The notes: generated by a model from the letters alone, not told the origin. DNA of 22,403 nucleotides from Candidatus Oleincola secundus (GCA_018400815.1 JAGYLS010000022.1:1-22403), one strand, 5' to 3'; shown: positions 1 through 8,521, numbered from the stretch's first letter. Numbers and translations are program-made.

Positions 1-340
1 ATCCAGTTGTAAAGAGTGTAGTTCGTTCTCCACTTGATTCATGTATCTTCATAAGGGAGGTTTTATATTTAGTAACAGAGGCAGTAGCATTACTGGCTGC
101 GACTGTAATATGTCCTTTAATAACTCCTTCAATAAAGTATTTCTTTTTAATATGATGAGGATAAATAAATTCTAAAGCATTTGTTGCTGAACTGCTTGTT
201 GTAGTAGAGCAACCTTCATTAATATATTCTTTAGTTAAAATTTTGTGATGTCCGGAAAAGTATCCTCCAAAATTAATTTCCCACTTATCTATATGAATAC
301 CATATAATGTTTCATAATAACGCATATCAGAACTTGCCAT
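1..340 (-). CDS. Putative minor tail / tail-tip protein, partial (runs off the left edge)
   Basis: Not in the ORF track. ATG at 340 (MASSDMRYYETLYGIHIDKWEINFGGYFSGHHKILTKEY...), SD GAGGAG upstream, frame open to position 1, located downstream of the tape measure. Confidence 0.7.
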   Translation of the reverse strand, partial: MASSDMRYYETLYGIHIDKWEINFGGYFSGHHKILTKEYINEGCSTTTSSSATNALEFIYPHHIKKKYFIEGVIKGHITVAASNATASVTKYKTSLMKIHESSGERTTLFTTG

Positions 341-474
341 TAATTTCGACTCCTCTTTGCTCGTAGTATTATAATTTTTCCATTAGTTTCATCATGTCCT
401 ATTAATTTATCATCAGGATTAATTACTATAATCTCTCCTTCCGTATCATCATATTTAACTACTTCGTATCTCAT
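340..474 (-). CDS. Small hypothetical protein, 44 aa (MRYEVVKYDDTEGEIIVINPDDKLIGHDETNGKIIILRAKRSRN)
   Basis: Read manually. It fills the gap exactly: ATG 1 nt after the tape measure stop, and a TAATG overlap with the next gene. Confidence 0.7.
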   Translation of the reverse strand: MRYEVVKYDDTEGEIIVINPDDKLIGHDETNGKIIILRAKRSRN

Positions 475-475
475 T

Positions 476-3301
476 TTATCTCATCCTGTATTTACTCTTA
501 CCTGTCTGTGAATCCACTAATCCCTTCTGAACTTGGTCTGCAATCTCTTGAGCAATAGTATCTACATTATTTTCTGCTATAGTATTACCAGTAACATTCA
601 CATTAACAGTAACACCATTATTACTCCTATCAACTTCTTGCCTCGTTAATACTTGCTCACCTTTATGCAGTTGATACATACCTTCTGAAGGTACATAGTT
701 TGTACCTCTTTGAAAACCGATTATATTTTTTCTAACCGCTTCTGGTAATGCTGATAGTGCTGGGTTTGATTGAATATATGTTTCTTGCACTGGTACTGGG
801 GATGTTTTAGTTATTCCTTTACTCTTCGTTTTACCTATTTCTATTCCAGAGGCTTTATTTTGCTCAGTTACTAATTCTTTCATTAAATCAATATTAGTTT
901 GTAACCATGCAGGTAATCCGTCTTCCTCATCGCCATATAAAGCATAAGCAATAGTTTCAAATGCCTCTACACTTATATTCATTTTATCCTGATTATCTCT
1001 TAGAGTTTCTGCATAACTATCGTATAGACCTTCTTTATATTGTATTGTTTCTTTTAAATCCTTAACATCCTGTCCACGAGTATCTTTTAAAACCCATAGA
1101 TTATGTTCTTCCTTACGTTGTAATTTTTCTAATAATTCTACTGATTTATTATATGCCTTTTCCTTAGCACTTATACCTTCCTCAGTAGTATTTAATTCTG
1201 CATCTAATGCATCTTCAGCAGCCTCAATTTGAAGTTCCGTTCTTTCTATGGATAATTTCTTAAGCATTCTCTGCTCTGCTCTTGTATTTCCTCTTCGCCT
1301 CATCATACCTATAAGTTGAATTTTCATGGTTTCTATTCGATTTCTTGCAAGAGCCTCATTAAATTCATTTTGTGCTTGAGTTGCCTCTTTAGTCTGCTTT
1401 TCATAATTTCTAACGACTTCAATAGCCTCTGCAACATCCGCTGTATACCACTCATAATTTTGTTCCGCTAACTCTAATTCGTATCTTTCTTCTTCTTTGG
1501 CGAGTGCTATATAATGCGACATATCTCCTACTTTTTTACTCTGTTCTGCCACTTGTAATTCTTTTCCTAATGTACCATCATACAGATTTCCGACTTTTCC
1601 AACCTCGTCACGAAGTTTTTTCATTTCTGTGAGAGTTGTTGCTATAGCATTATAGTATTTTTCTGTTGCCTCTTCAGCATCATCCATACTACCTTCAAAA
1701 ACATTCCATGCAGATTTCGCTTCTTCCGCTTCAGTTCTAAGTAATTGATAACCCATTCCCAATATTGCTAAATCACCCTCATTCATTCTCTCTGCACCAG
1801 TTTTGCCCATCTCTTCTTTATATATTTTTCCAAATTCTGTTGCAGCATTAAGGGCATCTTCGTAATCTTGTTTTACCTTTTCAATTTCCGATGTATTAAT
1901 TTCTTCCCCTGCAAGAACATTTGAAAGTAAATCAGGCTCCCTTTTAAAAGCTTTTTGGCTCTCTTCCCACTTAGAAATGTTTTCATCTAATTGTTTGTTA
2001 GCCAGCCCAATTACATGGGATGTTTGGTCTAAACTTCTTTTAAGATTTCCAATTATTCCACTACCACCTTTGATAGGGTCGAAGATATTAGATACTAAGA
2101 ATCCCTTGAAAGTATCAAATTTTGACATTAATAAATCTAAATTAGAAGTTACTTCTCCCGTCATACGTTTTACATTATTATTATATTCTGTGATTATATC
2201 TTTAGCAGTTTGTGTTGATGAAGCAACTTTTCCAAAAGCCTTCTCAGCCTGTCCGAGTGAAGTATTCATTAAACCTGTATCATGTTCTACATCTTTTACA
2301 CCTTCTCCAGCCAGAACCATCATAACACGGTATGAACGCATATTAGGAATTATCTGTGATATAATAGAAGCATTCCCTTCACTTGCCTCATTTAAATATC
2401 TTAAGTACCCTGTTAAACCTCTTGCTTGTAATGCAGCCTGACTTAACTCTACTCCATATTCAGCAGCAACTCTTTTTGCTTTTTCTGAAGGTTTAATAAT
2501 ATTTTGAATTGACATTGCTAAACCACGGGACACCATATCAATGTGTTGCCCATTACGGGTTGCAGTTGCCATAGCAGCAGCCAACTCGTCAAAACTTATT
2601 CCAACTTGTGCTGCAATTGGAACTACGTAACCTAATGATGATGCTAAATCCTCAAAACGAAATTTACCCCTTACAACTGCTTGGAACATGGTATCAGTAA
2701 CTGATTGCATTTGGGCAACAGTTTTACCATAAGCATTATAAACTGTAGTTAATACATCCACGGATTTCTCTACACTGGTTAAACCTGCCACAGCAGCCTT
2801 TGATGCAGTATATAAGAAGGTTAATGATTCTGAAACAGGGACAGCAGCAGATAAGATATTGTAAAGACCTTTTGCTAAGTCGTCAGCACTTTTACCGAAT
2901 GTAAGAGACATACCCTGTACTCCAGCAGATAGGTCTGTAAAATTACCTCCAACATCAGATAAGATAGTACTTACTTCTCTCATCCTCTTTTCAAAACTTC
3001 TAAATTGTTTAATACTATCTTTAGTATAATCTATTAATGAACTTAATACTCTTGTAGCAATACTAATGGCAGCAGTAATTCCAAAATATTGCATGATTAA
3101 ACCACTAACAGCTGACCCATGTGCCTTACTACTTTTAGCACTTTTTTTATGTTTAGCATTCATCTGTGTCAGTTTAGCATTTACCTTTGAAATTTCGGCT
3201 CCTTGTTGTTTAAATTTTTTATTAACACTAAGCAATTGACCTTGAATACGGTTCAATTTTTTCTCCATATTCCCTACTACATCTAATCGTGTATTAACCA
3301 T
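476..3301 (-). CDS. Tail tape measure protein (TP901-like core)
   Basis: 941 aa, helical and Ala-rich. TP901-type core (FEKRMREVSTI...GKFRFEDLASSLGYVVPIAAQVGISFDELAAAMA), C-terminal FQRGTNYVP...LHKGEQVL motif, and position after tube and TAC. Confidence 0.93.
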   Translation of the reverse strand: MVNTRLDVVGNMEKKLNRIQGQLLSVNKKFKQQGAEISKVNAKLTQMNAKHKKSAKSSKAHGSAVSGLIMQYFGITAAISIATRVLSSLIDYTKDSIKQFRSFEKRMREVSTILSDVGGNFTDLSAGVQGMSLTFGKSADDLAKGLYNILSAAVPVSESLTFLYTASKAAVAGLTSVEKSVDVLTTVYNAYGKTVAQMQSVTDTMFQAVVRGKFRFEDLASSLGYVVPIAAQVGISFDELAAAMATATRNGQHIDMVSRGLAMSIQNIIKPSEKAKRVAAEYGVELSQAALQARGLTGYLRYLNEASEGNASIISQIIPNMRSYRVMMVLAGEGVKDVEHDTGLMNTSLGQAEKAFGKVASSTQTAKDIITEYNNNVKRMTGEVTSNLDLLMSKFDTFKGFLVSNIFDPIKGGSGIIGNLKRSLDQTSHVIGLANKQLDENISKWEESQKAFKREPDLLSNVLAGEEINTSEIEKVKQDYEDALNAATEFGKIYKEEMGKTGAERMNEGDLAILGMGYQLLRTEAEEAKSAWNVFEGSMDDAEEATEKYYNAIATTLTEMKKLRDEVGKVGNLYDGTLGKELQVAEQSKKVGDMSHYIALAKEEERYELELAEQNYEWYTADVAEAIEVVRNYEKQTKEATQAQNEFNEALARNRIETMKIQLIGMMRRRGNTRAEQRMLKKLSIERTELQIEAAEDALDAELNTTEEGISAKEKAYNKSVELLEKLQRKEEHNLWVLKDTRGQDVKDLKETIQYKEGLYDSYAETLRDNQDKMNISVEAFETIAYALYGDEEDGLPAWLQTNIDLMKELVTEQNKASGIEIGKTKSKGITKTSPVPVQETYIQSNPALSALPEAVRKNIIGFQRGTNYVPSEGMYQLHKGEQVLTRQEVDRSNNGVTVNVNVTGNTIAENNVDTIAQEIADQVQKGLVDSQTGKSKYRMR

Positions 3302-3584
3302 GCATATCCTTCATCCTTTGAATCATATCTTTATTACTTTGTGGAACTTTATCTTTTACAACAGATTTACCAGCCTTTCGAGCATTGAATTCTTTTAAAT
3401 TATTAAGCAGTTGGAGAAATTCCCAATAACACATATTTAGAAGTTCTCTATATTCACCCGTTTCAAAAAATATAAAGTGAATACTACTTGTAAAATTTTC
3501 TACTTCTTCTTCCCAGTAGATTTTTTTGTTTTCTTCTTGCTGCCCTTTTTGGGCTCCCGAAAATATATTCCTTCCTTCCCTGCA
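3294..3584 (-). CDS. -1 frameshift extension of the tail assembly chaperone (gpGT-like)
   Basis: The -1 frame is open stop-to-stop from 3584 to 3294 (...IYWEEEVENFTSSIHFIFFETGEYRELLNMCYWEFLQLL...MKDMHG*). It has no good own start, overlaps the TAC end, and its stop overlaps the tape measure start. Slippery A_AAA_AAA at 3521-3527. Confidence 0.75.
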   Translation of the reverse strand, partial: CREGRNIFSGAQKGQQEENKKIYWEEEVENFTSSIHFIFFETGEYRELLNMCYWEFLQLLNNLKEFNARKAGKSVVKDKVPQSNKDMIQRMKDMHG

Positions 3585-3847
3585 TTATATACATCATTAA
3601 AAAGAACTACTATATCTTCAGGGTGAAGTGTTTTTACATCTTCGATAGTTACAGAAGAATCAATTTGTCTCAAGGTTTGCAGAATAACGTAGTATGTAAA
3701 TTCATCATTCTTTTCTTCGTTTGATAAATCTTTACATTCCTTATTCAGTTCTTGGAGTGCTGCTTTATGTTTAGCAACTGTCCATTTTGGCATTGTAAAA
3801 GGTTGTCCATTTTTTACAATTTCTAAACTATATTTTTTCTTTGTCAT
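3500..3847 (-). CDS. Tail assembly chaperone (gpG-like)
   Basis: 115 aa between tail tube and tape measure, SD AAGGAG, overlapping -1 ORF. Confidence 0.8.
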   Translation of the reverse strand: MTKKKYSLEIVKNGQPFTMPKWTVAKHKAALQELNKECKDLSNEEKNDEFTYYVILQTLRQIDSSVTIEDVKTLHPEDIVVLFNDVYNAGKEGIYFREPKKGSKKKTKKSTGKKK

Positions 3848-3872
3848 TTTATATCTCCTTTTGTACTTATTG

Positions 3873-3934
3873 TGATAAATTGAGGACTTGAACCTCGTTT
3901 TACCATAAAGAAATTAGATAGGGGTTATTCCCCT
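3873..3934 (-). terminator. Hairpin + pyrimidine tract + T-arm-like hairpin downstream of the tail tube gene
   Basis: AGGGG-AATAA-CCCCT (3934-3920), then TTTCTTT, then TGGTAAA-AC-GAGG-TTCAAGT-CCTC-AA-TTTATCA (3905-3873). Confidence 0.5.
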
Positions 3935-4854
3935 TATGCTGAATCTACAATGGTACTACAAGACGATGGTACACCTGTAAAGGATGCACTCTCCATCATT
4001 GCTTCACCACTTGTATTGATAGGCACTTCTGAACTGTCCCAGTTACAACCTTCTAAAGTTAGTTGTGGACATCCAGCATCACCCATATTAACAGTGATTG
4101 TGAAATCCGTAAAGTCCTTAACTTCACCGAAATGCATACCACCACCACCATCTAACGTAATATCTACAGAACCTGATACATCCATCGTACCTTCGACTAT
4201 GTATGATTTGGTTGTCGAATCATGGTCTGTATAAGACGTTAATTGATGGTCAATAGTTACATCAATACTGTTTGTGATATAAGCAATTTTGCTTCCCGTT
4301 GGGTTAAATCCACCAGTTTTCGTAATTGAACCTGCTGTGTTAAATTGTAGAATCTCCCCAGTTAACCGTGCCGGTTCTGTTCCAGTTGCACTTGTTGAAG
4401 TTGTAATTGATTTACATTCAAAGTCAACTGAAACTGTATATGGTTCATTCTTACTTGCTGAAATTCGTACTGAACTCGGTTTTGCTCCAACTACATTGAA
4501 GTACGTAACATCATCACTTGCTGCACCTGTACACGTATTTGCACCGAAACAGAATGCTAACGATGATAGTACGCAGCACGAATCACGGTTAATTACATCG
4601 TCAATTAGTGTATCATCACACTGTGGATTATATTCAATACTGAGTGTCGGTTCATCGGTCTGTTCAATTCGTTCAGCGACTACGGCACTTTCGATACTTC
4701 TAATATCCATGCCTTTATCTCCGGTTCCAACTGCTACATTTTGAACATACTTTCCTATGTCGAGAGTCGAGCCAGATTCGCCACCACCGAATGTAGATTC
4801 TACCCAGTACCATGCAGTTCCTTGAAAGGGTCTGCCTATTGTACTTACTGCCAT
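3934..4854 (-). CDS. Major tail tube protein
   Basis: 306 aa, acidic and Thr/Ser/Gly-rich beta protein. N-terminal W.VESTFG motif, VSGSVDIT segment, strong SD AAGGAGG, position between terminator and TAC. Confidence 0.85.
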   Translation of the reverse strand: MAVSTIGRPFQGTAWYWVESTFGGGESGSTLDIGKYVQNVAVGTGDKGMDIRSIESAVVAERIEQTDEPTLSIEYNPQCDDTLIDDVINRDSCCVLSSLAFCFGANTCTGAASDDVTYFNVVGAKPSSVRISASKNEPYTVSVDFECKSITTSTSATGTEPARLTGEILQFNTAGSITKTGGFNPTGSKIAYITNSIDVTIDHQLTSYTDHDSTTKSYIVEGTMDVSGSVDITLDGGGGMHFGEVKDFTDFTITVNMGDAGCPQLTLEGCNWDSSEVPINTSGEAMMESASFTGVPSSCSTIVDSA

Positions 4855-4899
4855 TCATTTTCCTCCTTATATATTTTTTGGTCAATTTCTCTTGGGCAT

Positions 4900-5385
4900 T
4901 TACAAATCGTAATAGACTGCATAAATTTCTATCACGTAATGATATATTGCCTGTTTTCCACTTCCGTCTCTTCGAAGTTTCACACTTCTAACATTTATGA
5001 AGTGAGCCTGAAAATTACAACTTTCTTGTTGTGTTCTTATTACATCCTGTAACTCATCCATTACTGTTTTACCGAATGTCGATGGGTCATATTCATCGTT
5101 TGCAGTAAACCAGAATCCCACATCAATATATGCTTCCATCTTTCTTGTTAAAGCACCTACGTCATGTGGCTCATAAGTTACATTCATTATATTTAAATCA
5201 ATAAATGGGAAAGGGGGTTCTTCTAATGACGAACTCTCTTCTGCTAAGTAGATAGGAATATCGTAATCCATACCATCAGCAGTAACAGATAAGACATATT
5301 GCTCATCCCATGAATCAGGATTTATCGCTTTACTTGTTCCCACAGTTTCACGAATGTCCTCTCTAGGGTCAAATGAGTTTGCCAT
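4900..5385 (-). CDS. Putative tail terminator / tail completion protein
   Basis: 161 aa directly upstream of the tube gene, with a FPFI...YIDVGFW...YVIEIYAVY pattern typical of gpU/gp17-like folds. Mainly a synteny call. Confidence 0.65.
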   Translation of the reverse strand: MANSFDPREDIRETVGTSKAINPDSWDEQYVLSVTADGMDYDIPIYLAEESSSLEEPPFPFIDLNIMNVTYEPHDVGALTRKMEAYIDVGFWFTANDEYDPSTFGKTVMDELQDVIRTQQESCNFQAHFINVRSVKLRRDGSGKQAIYHYVIEIYAVYYDL

Positions 5386-6302
5386 TATTGTACACCATTC
5401 ACCTTAATTTTTGAAATCTTTTTTACTGTCTTTTTATACTTCTTTAACATCCTATCAGGATTTGCAAGTATAATTTTTTCATTACTATTCACATCAGCAA
5501 GAGTTACTTTATCTAATTCATTAAATCTAAGTATAGCCTCATGGGCTGCCAGATAAGCAACTGCTTTCTTAAAGACTTGTTCTTTGAAAGTCCTTGATTT
5601 TATCCTATATGAATAAAAGATATGACAACATAGACTACCATCTAACGCATCTCCATTCTTATCAGCAATGCTTAATTTACCTTTATCAGCATCCGTTATG
5701 GAGATAGTCAAATCATCCCATTCATAGTCAGCATCTCTGTATATCCCATAAATCGCATCCTCGTCACACACAGTATGATTAGATACCAGATGTTTATTAC
5801 AAGCATAGAATACTTTATTACTGCCATCAATGCAATGATTTGAATCTTGGTTTATCTTTTCATTTATCACTAATTTAAACACTTTCTCTTTTGCCTCAAG
5901 ATAGGCATTCCAGCATATCAGAGCAAGGTCTTTATCTTCCACATCATTACTCTGCTTAATACCACTAAGACTTCTTACGTGTTGAATAATATTCCAAGGC
6001 AAGACATAGAAGAATGTTTCAAAGGTATATGTACTACCATCATATGTAGCATCAATTGATATAGTATATTCACCGTAAGTAGCAGAACTGGGTACATCCC
6101 AAGTTCCTTCCCATAAGCCTGTAGTTGATGTAGTTGCAAATGATACAGAGTCTGTTCCAGATGAGCAGGGATATGTTACTACTGCACTAACACTTGTAGG
6201 GTCTACATTAGTTTTGTCTTCTCGGAATTTAACATTTAAATGTAGGTAGTCCCCTCGTTGCACTATTCCTATATCATCTTCTATAATTCTCAATCTTGCC
6301 AT
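5385..6302 (-). CDS. Putative head-tail adaptor with an N-terminal Ig-like domain
   Basis: N-terminal ~100 aa is Ig-like (VQRGDYLHLNV...GLWEGTWDVPSSATYGEYTISIDATY). The C-terminal part has adaptor-like helices (IQHVRSLSGI...; FKKAVAYLAAHEAIL). Located after the MCP. Confidence 0.6.
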   Translation of the reverse strand: MARLRIIEDDIGIVQRGDYLHLNVKFREDKTNVDPTSVSAVVTYPCSSGTDSVSFATTSTTGLWEGTWDVPSSATYGEYTISIDATYDGSTYTFETFFYVLPWNIIQHVRSLSGIKQSNDVEDKDLALICWNAYLEAKEKVFKLVINEKINQDSNHCIDGSNKVFYACNKHLVSNHTVCDEDAIYGIYRDADYEWDDLTISITDADKGKLSIADKNGDALDGSLCCHIFYSYRIKSRTFKEQVFKKAVAYLAAHEAILRFNELDKVTLADVNSNEKIILANPDRMLKKYKKTVKKISKIKVNGVQ

Positions 6303-6313
6303 AGTAAATCACT

Positions 6314-7030
6314 TTATATTTTTTCGTATTTCTCATCTAATCTATATTTCCAACGATATAGTTCGATGGTAGATTTGTAAACTTCAAACAGGGTCATTAA
6401 TTCATCCCATGTTCTCTCTTTAACTTTAATTTGATTTCGTCTGAATTGGACAATTGCAGCCCCTTTTACTTTAACTCCAGTTAACTTCCAAAAAGCATAT
6501 GTATAAGCCGCTAACTGAAGCCAATAATCTCTATAAATAGCGGATGAGGTCTTCCAATCGATTAGAACTAAATCATCCTTAAAGTCTCTATTATGTCCTC
6601 TCACGCAGTACGGTTTCCATGTTGTATATTTACCTACGAAATCAATTGTACCTGCATAACCATATTCATCATTCCATACTCTCTGTTCGAGAGACTCAGG
6701 TTTAAGATTTGTATTATACTTGAACATCTTAAACATCTTATAATCTTCTTCCATCTCATTACGCATTTTACTTGGTTTCTCATACGTACCATCTAAGATG
6801 TGTTCAAACATGCTATGAGCCTGTGTACCGAAGACTTGTCGATTCTTCATAATCTCTCCAGCCTTCTTCTTACCTACCTTCTGATACCATCCAATTAACC
6901 CGTTCTTGGCTATGATAGATAGTGTCTTGGTAACTCGGCAGTACGACATTCCGTTAATAGTATAAACTTTACCCGTTACATTACTAATCTCTGCTTTAGG
7001 TATCTTCCACCCTTCAGTATGCTTATGCAT
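6314..7030 (-). CDS. PD-(D/E)XK nuclease (lambda-exo/RecB/Cas4-like superfamily)
   Basis: Motifs GTQAHSMFE, E (SLEQRV), YAGTIDFVG, LIDWKTS and WLQLAAY. No 4-Cys Fe-S set. Confidence 0.88.
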   Translation of the reverse strand: MHKHTEGWKIPKAEISNVTGKVYTINGMSYCRVTKTLSIIAKNGLIGWYQKVGKKKAGEIMKNRQVFGTQAHSMFEHILDGTYEKPSKMRNEMEEDYKMFKMFKYNTNLKPESLEQRVWNDEYGYAGTIDFVGKYTTWKPYCVRGHNRDFKDDLVLIDWKTSSAIYRDYWLQLAAYTYAFWKLTGVKVKGAAIVQFRRNQIKVKERTWDELMTLFEVYKSTIELYRWKYRLDEKYEKI

Positions 7031-7156
7031 TTAGTTCACCCACAGGGCGAAATACTCTTCGTAATTTTCATCGTCTTCGTACAACTTAATTAAATCTTCA
7101 TCCGTATCGTCAACGAAGATTACTTCTCCTGTGTTTTTATTTTGGTATTGTTTCAT
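7031..7156 (-). CDS. Small acidic protein, 41 aa (MKQYQNKNTGEVIFVDDTDEDLIKLYEDDENYEEYFALWVN)
   Basis: SD GGAG before ATG 7156; the stop abuts the nuclease ATG. The longer 7411 start in the ORF track overlaps the MCP and is rejected. Confidence 0.7.
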   Translation of the reverse strand: MKQYQNKNTGEVIFVDDTDEDLIKLYEDDENYEEYFALWVN

Positions 7157-7176
7157 TTTATATCTCCATAATTTAA

Positions 7177-7245
7177 GCCAAATGGTGCATCGAAGCACCT
7201 TTGTCACCGTAAGACGTTTGGCATGTAAAGAAAAAGAAAGAGGGG
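7177..7245 (-). other. Pyrimidine tract + predicted three-way-junction RNA structure after the MCP gene
   Basis: CCCCTCTTTCTTTTTCTTT followed by GCCAAA-C-GTC(TTACGGT)GAC-AAA-GGTGC(TTCGAT)GCACC-A-TTTGGC (7222-7177). Confidence 0.55.
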
Positions 7246-7253
7246 TTTTATGT

Positions 7254-8507
7254 TTATGCCTCTTCGATGTGACCGATTGCATCTTCTTCAAGTTTACCAG
7301 CGTTAAAGTAACACCACATTGCGTAGGTCGTACTGTTACAATCAATGTTCCGTTCTGATTCCATCGTTGGTCGTTTACCGAATGCGGCACCGACAGCATA
7401 TCTTGAATCAATTACGATAATTAACTCATCACCAGTACCTGCCGAACTGCCTTTGTTAGCATCATTATATTCGATAACTTCGATTCCAAGAATAGATTTA
7501 AGTTTACCATTTTTACCGACTTCAATTGTATCAGCGAAGATTGGTTTAACATCCATCATTCTTCGGAACGTTGCAGCGATTTCTGGATGCATAATCATGT
7601 AATCAGGTTTGTAGTAATCTGCTCTCATATCAGTAACGAGTGCGTCAACAGCGTTATATAGGTCAAGTAAGAAACCATCAGTACAGCAACTACCAGATAA
7701 TGCAGCAGCAGCATACGTAACCGTTTCATTGTGCCCGGGTGTAGCATCTTCAAGTGCGTTATAGATTTCATAGTCAAAGAATTCAGCCCATACTCCACCT
7801 AATGATTTGAGCCACTCTTGTCGGAATTTTTCTCCAACAGACCAGATGTCAAATTCACAAAGTTCGGCTTTAATACCATGCTGTTGTAAAGAGATTTGGT
7901 ACTTGTCTACAGTGGTACTGGAACATGAAAGACAACCACATGATTCCTCATTAGTAGTAATATCCCCACGTTCAAATCGTTCAATAGTTCGAATATCAAC
8001 TACGTTACCTGCACCTTTGGAAATGTCTAATCCGGGTACTGCAACTTTAAGCAGGTTAGCAGATTCAAACGCCGTATGCCAGACAGCATTCACGAAGTTC
8101 CGTTGTGGTTCCCAATCTGAAATATCACCCATAGGGCAATCGGTATCAGCAGGGTCATCACTTGGGTCTTCGAAGTTAAACGTATCACCAGTTTCAAAAC
8201 CTTCATAAGTGTATATACCTTTGTCACCAGCAAGGTTCTTTAACGTTTTAAGGGATACGTGTTCATCTTTAACATCTTTACTCATGTTAACATCCGTATT
8301 AAGTTCTACTTTAGGTTCATCTTCCGTTCCTTCGTTAAGAATCTTCTCTCGAAGTTCCTTTTCAAGGTTTGCTTTGTACTCTTTTTCGGCTGCGTCTTTT
8401 TCGGCTTGTTTCTTAGCCTCTAATTCGGCAATAATATCCTGTTTCTCTTGATTTGCTTTTAGTTCTTTAAGTTCGTCAAGAGACATTTCACTATAGTCTT
8501 TTGCCAT
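7254..8507 (-). CDS. Major capsid protein (HK97 fold) with an N-terminal coiled-coil scaffold/delta domain
   Basis: 417 aa. Charged helical N-terminus, PDYMIMHPEIAATFR, KSILGIEVIE, C-terminal NAGKLEEDAIGHI, SD AGGAGG, downstream of the protease. Confidence 0.9.
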   Translation of the reverse strand: MAKDYSEMSLDELKELKANQEKQDIIAELEAKKQAEKDAAEKEYKANLEKELREKILNEGTEDEPKVELNTDVNMSKDVKDEHVSLKTLKNLAGDKGIYTYEGFETGDTFNFEDPSDDPADTDCPMGDISDWEPQRNFVNAVWHTAFESANLLKVAVPGLDISKGAGNVVDIRTIERFERGDITTNEESCGCLSCSSTTVDKYQISLQQHGIKAELCEFDIWSVGEKFRQEWLKSLGGVWAEFFDYEIYNALEDATPGHNETVTYAAAALSGSCCTDGFLLDLYNAVDALVTDMRADYYKPDYMIMHPEIAATFRRMMDVKPIFADTIEVGKNGKLKSILGIEVIEYNDANKGSSAGTGDELIIVIDSRYAVGAAFGKRPTMESERNIDCNSTTYAMWCYFNAGKLEEDAIGHIEEA

Positions 8508-8521
8508 TCAATTTCCTCCTA

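Noticed and set aside
3873..3905. Possible tRNA gene or attP site
   Set aside because: Only a T-arm-like hairpin is present, with no D or anticodon arm and no integrase in the window. Kept as a structural element instead.
6314..7030. Cas4 with a viral mini-CRISPR array
   Set aside because: Lacks the four Fe-S cysteines of Cas4, and no regularly spaced 25-40 bp repeats were seen anywhere in the window.
7177..7222. Hammerhead ribozyme
   Set aside because: The three-stem shape is present but the conserved CUGAnGA and GAAA core is missing.
7157..7411. 126-aa version of ORF 7031-7411
   Set aside because: The N-terminal part overlaps the MCP end and the structured intergenic region. The SD supports a start at 7156.
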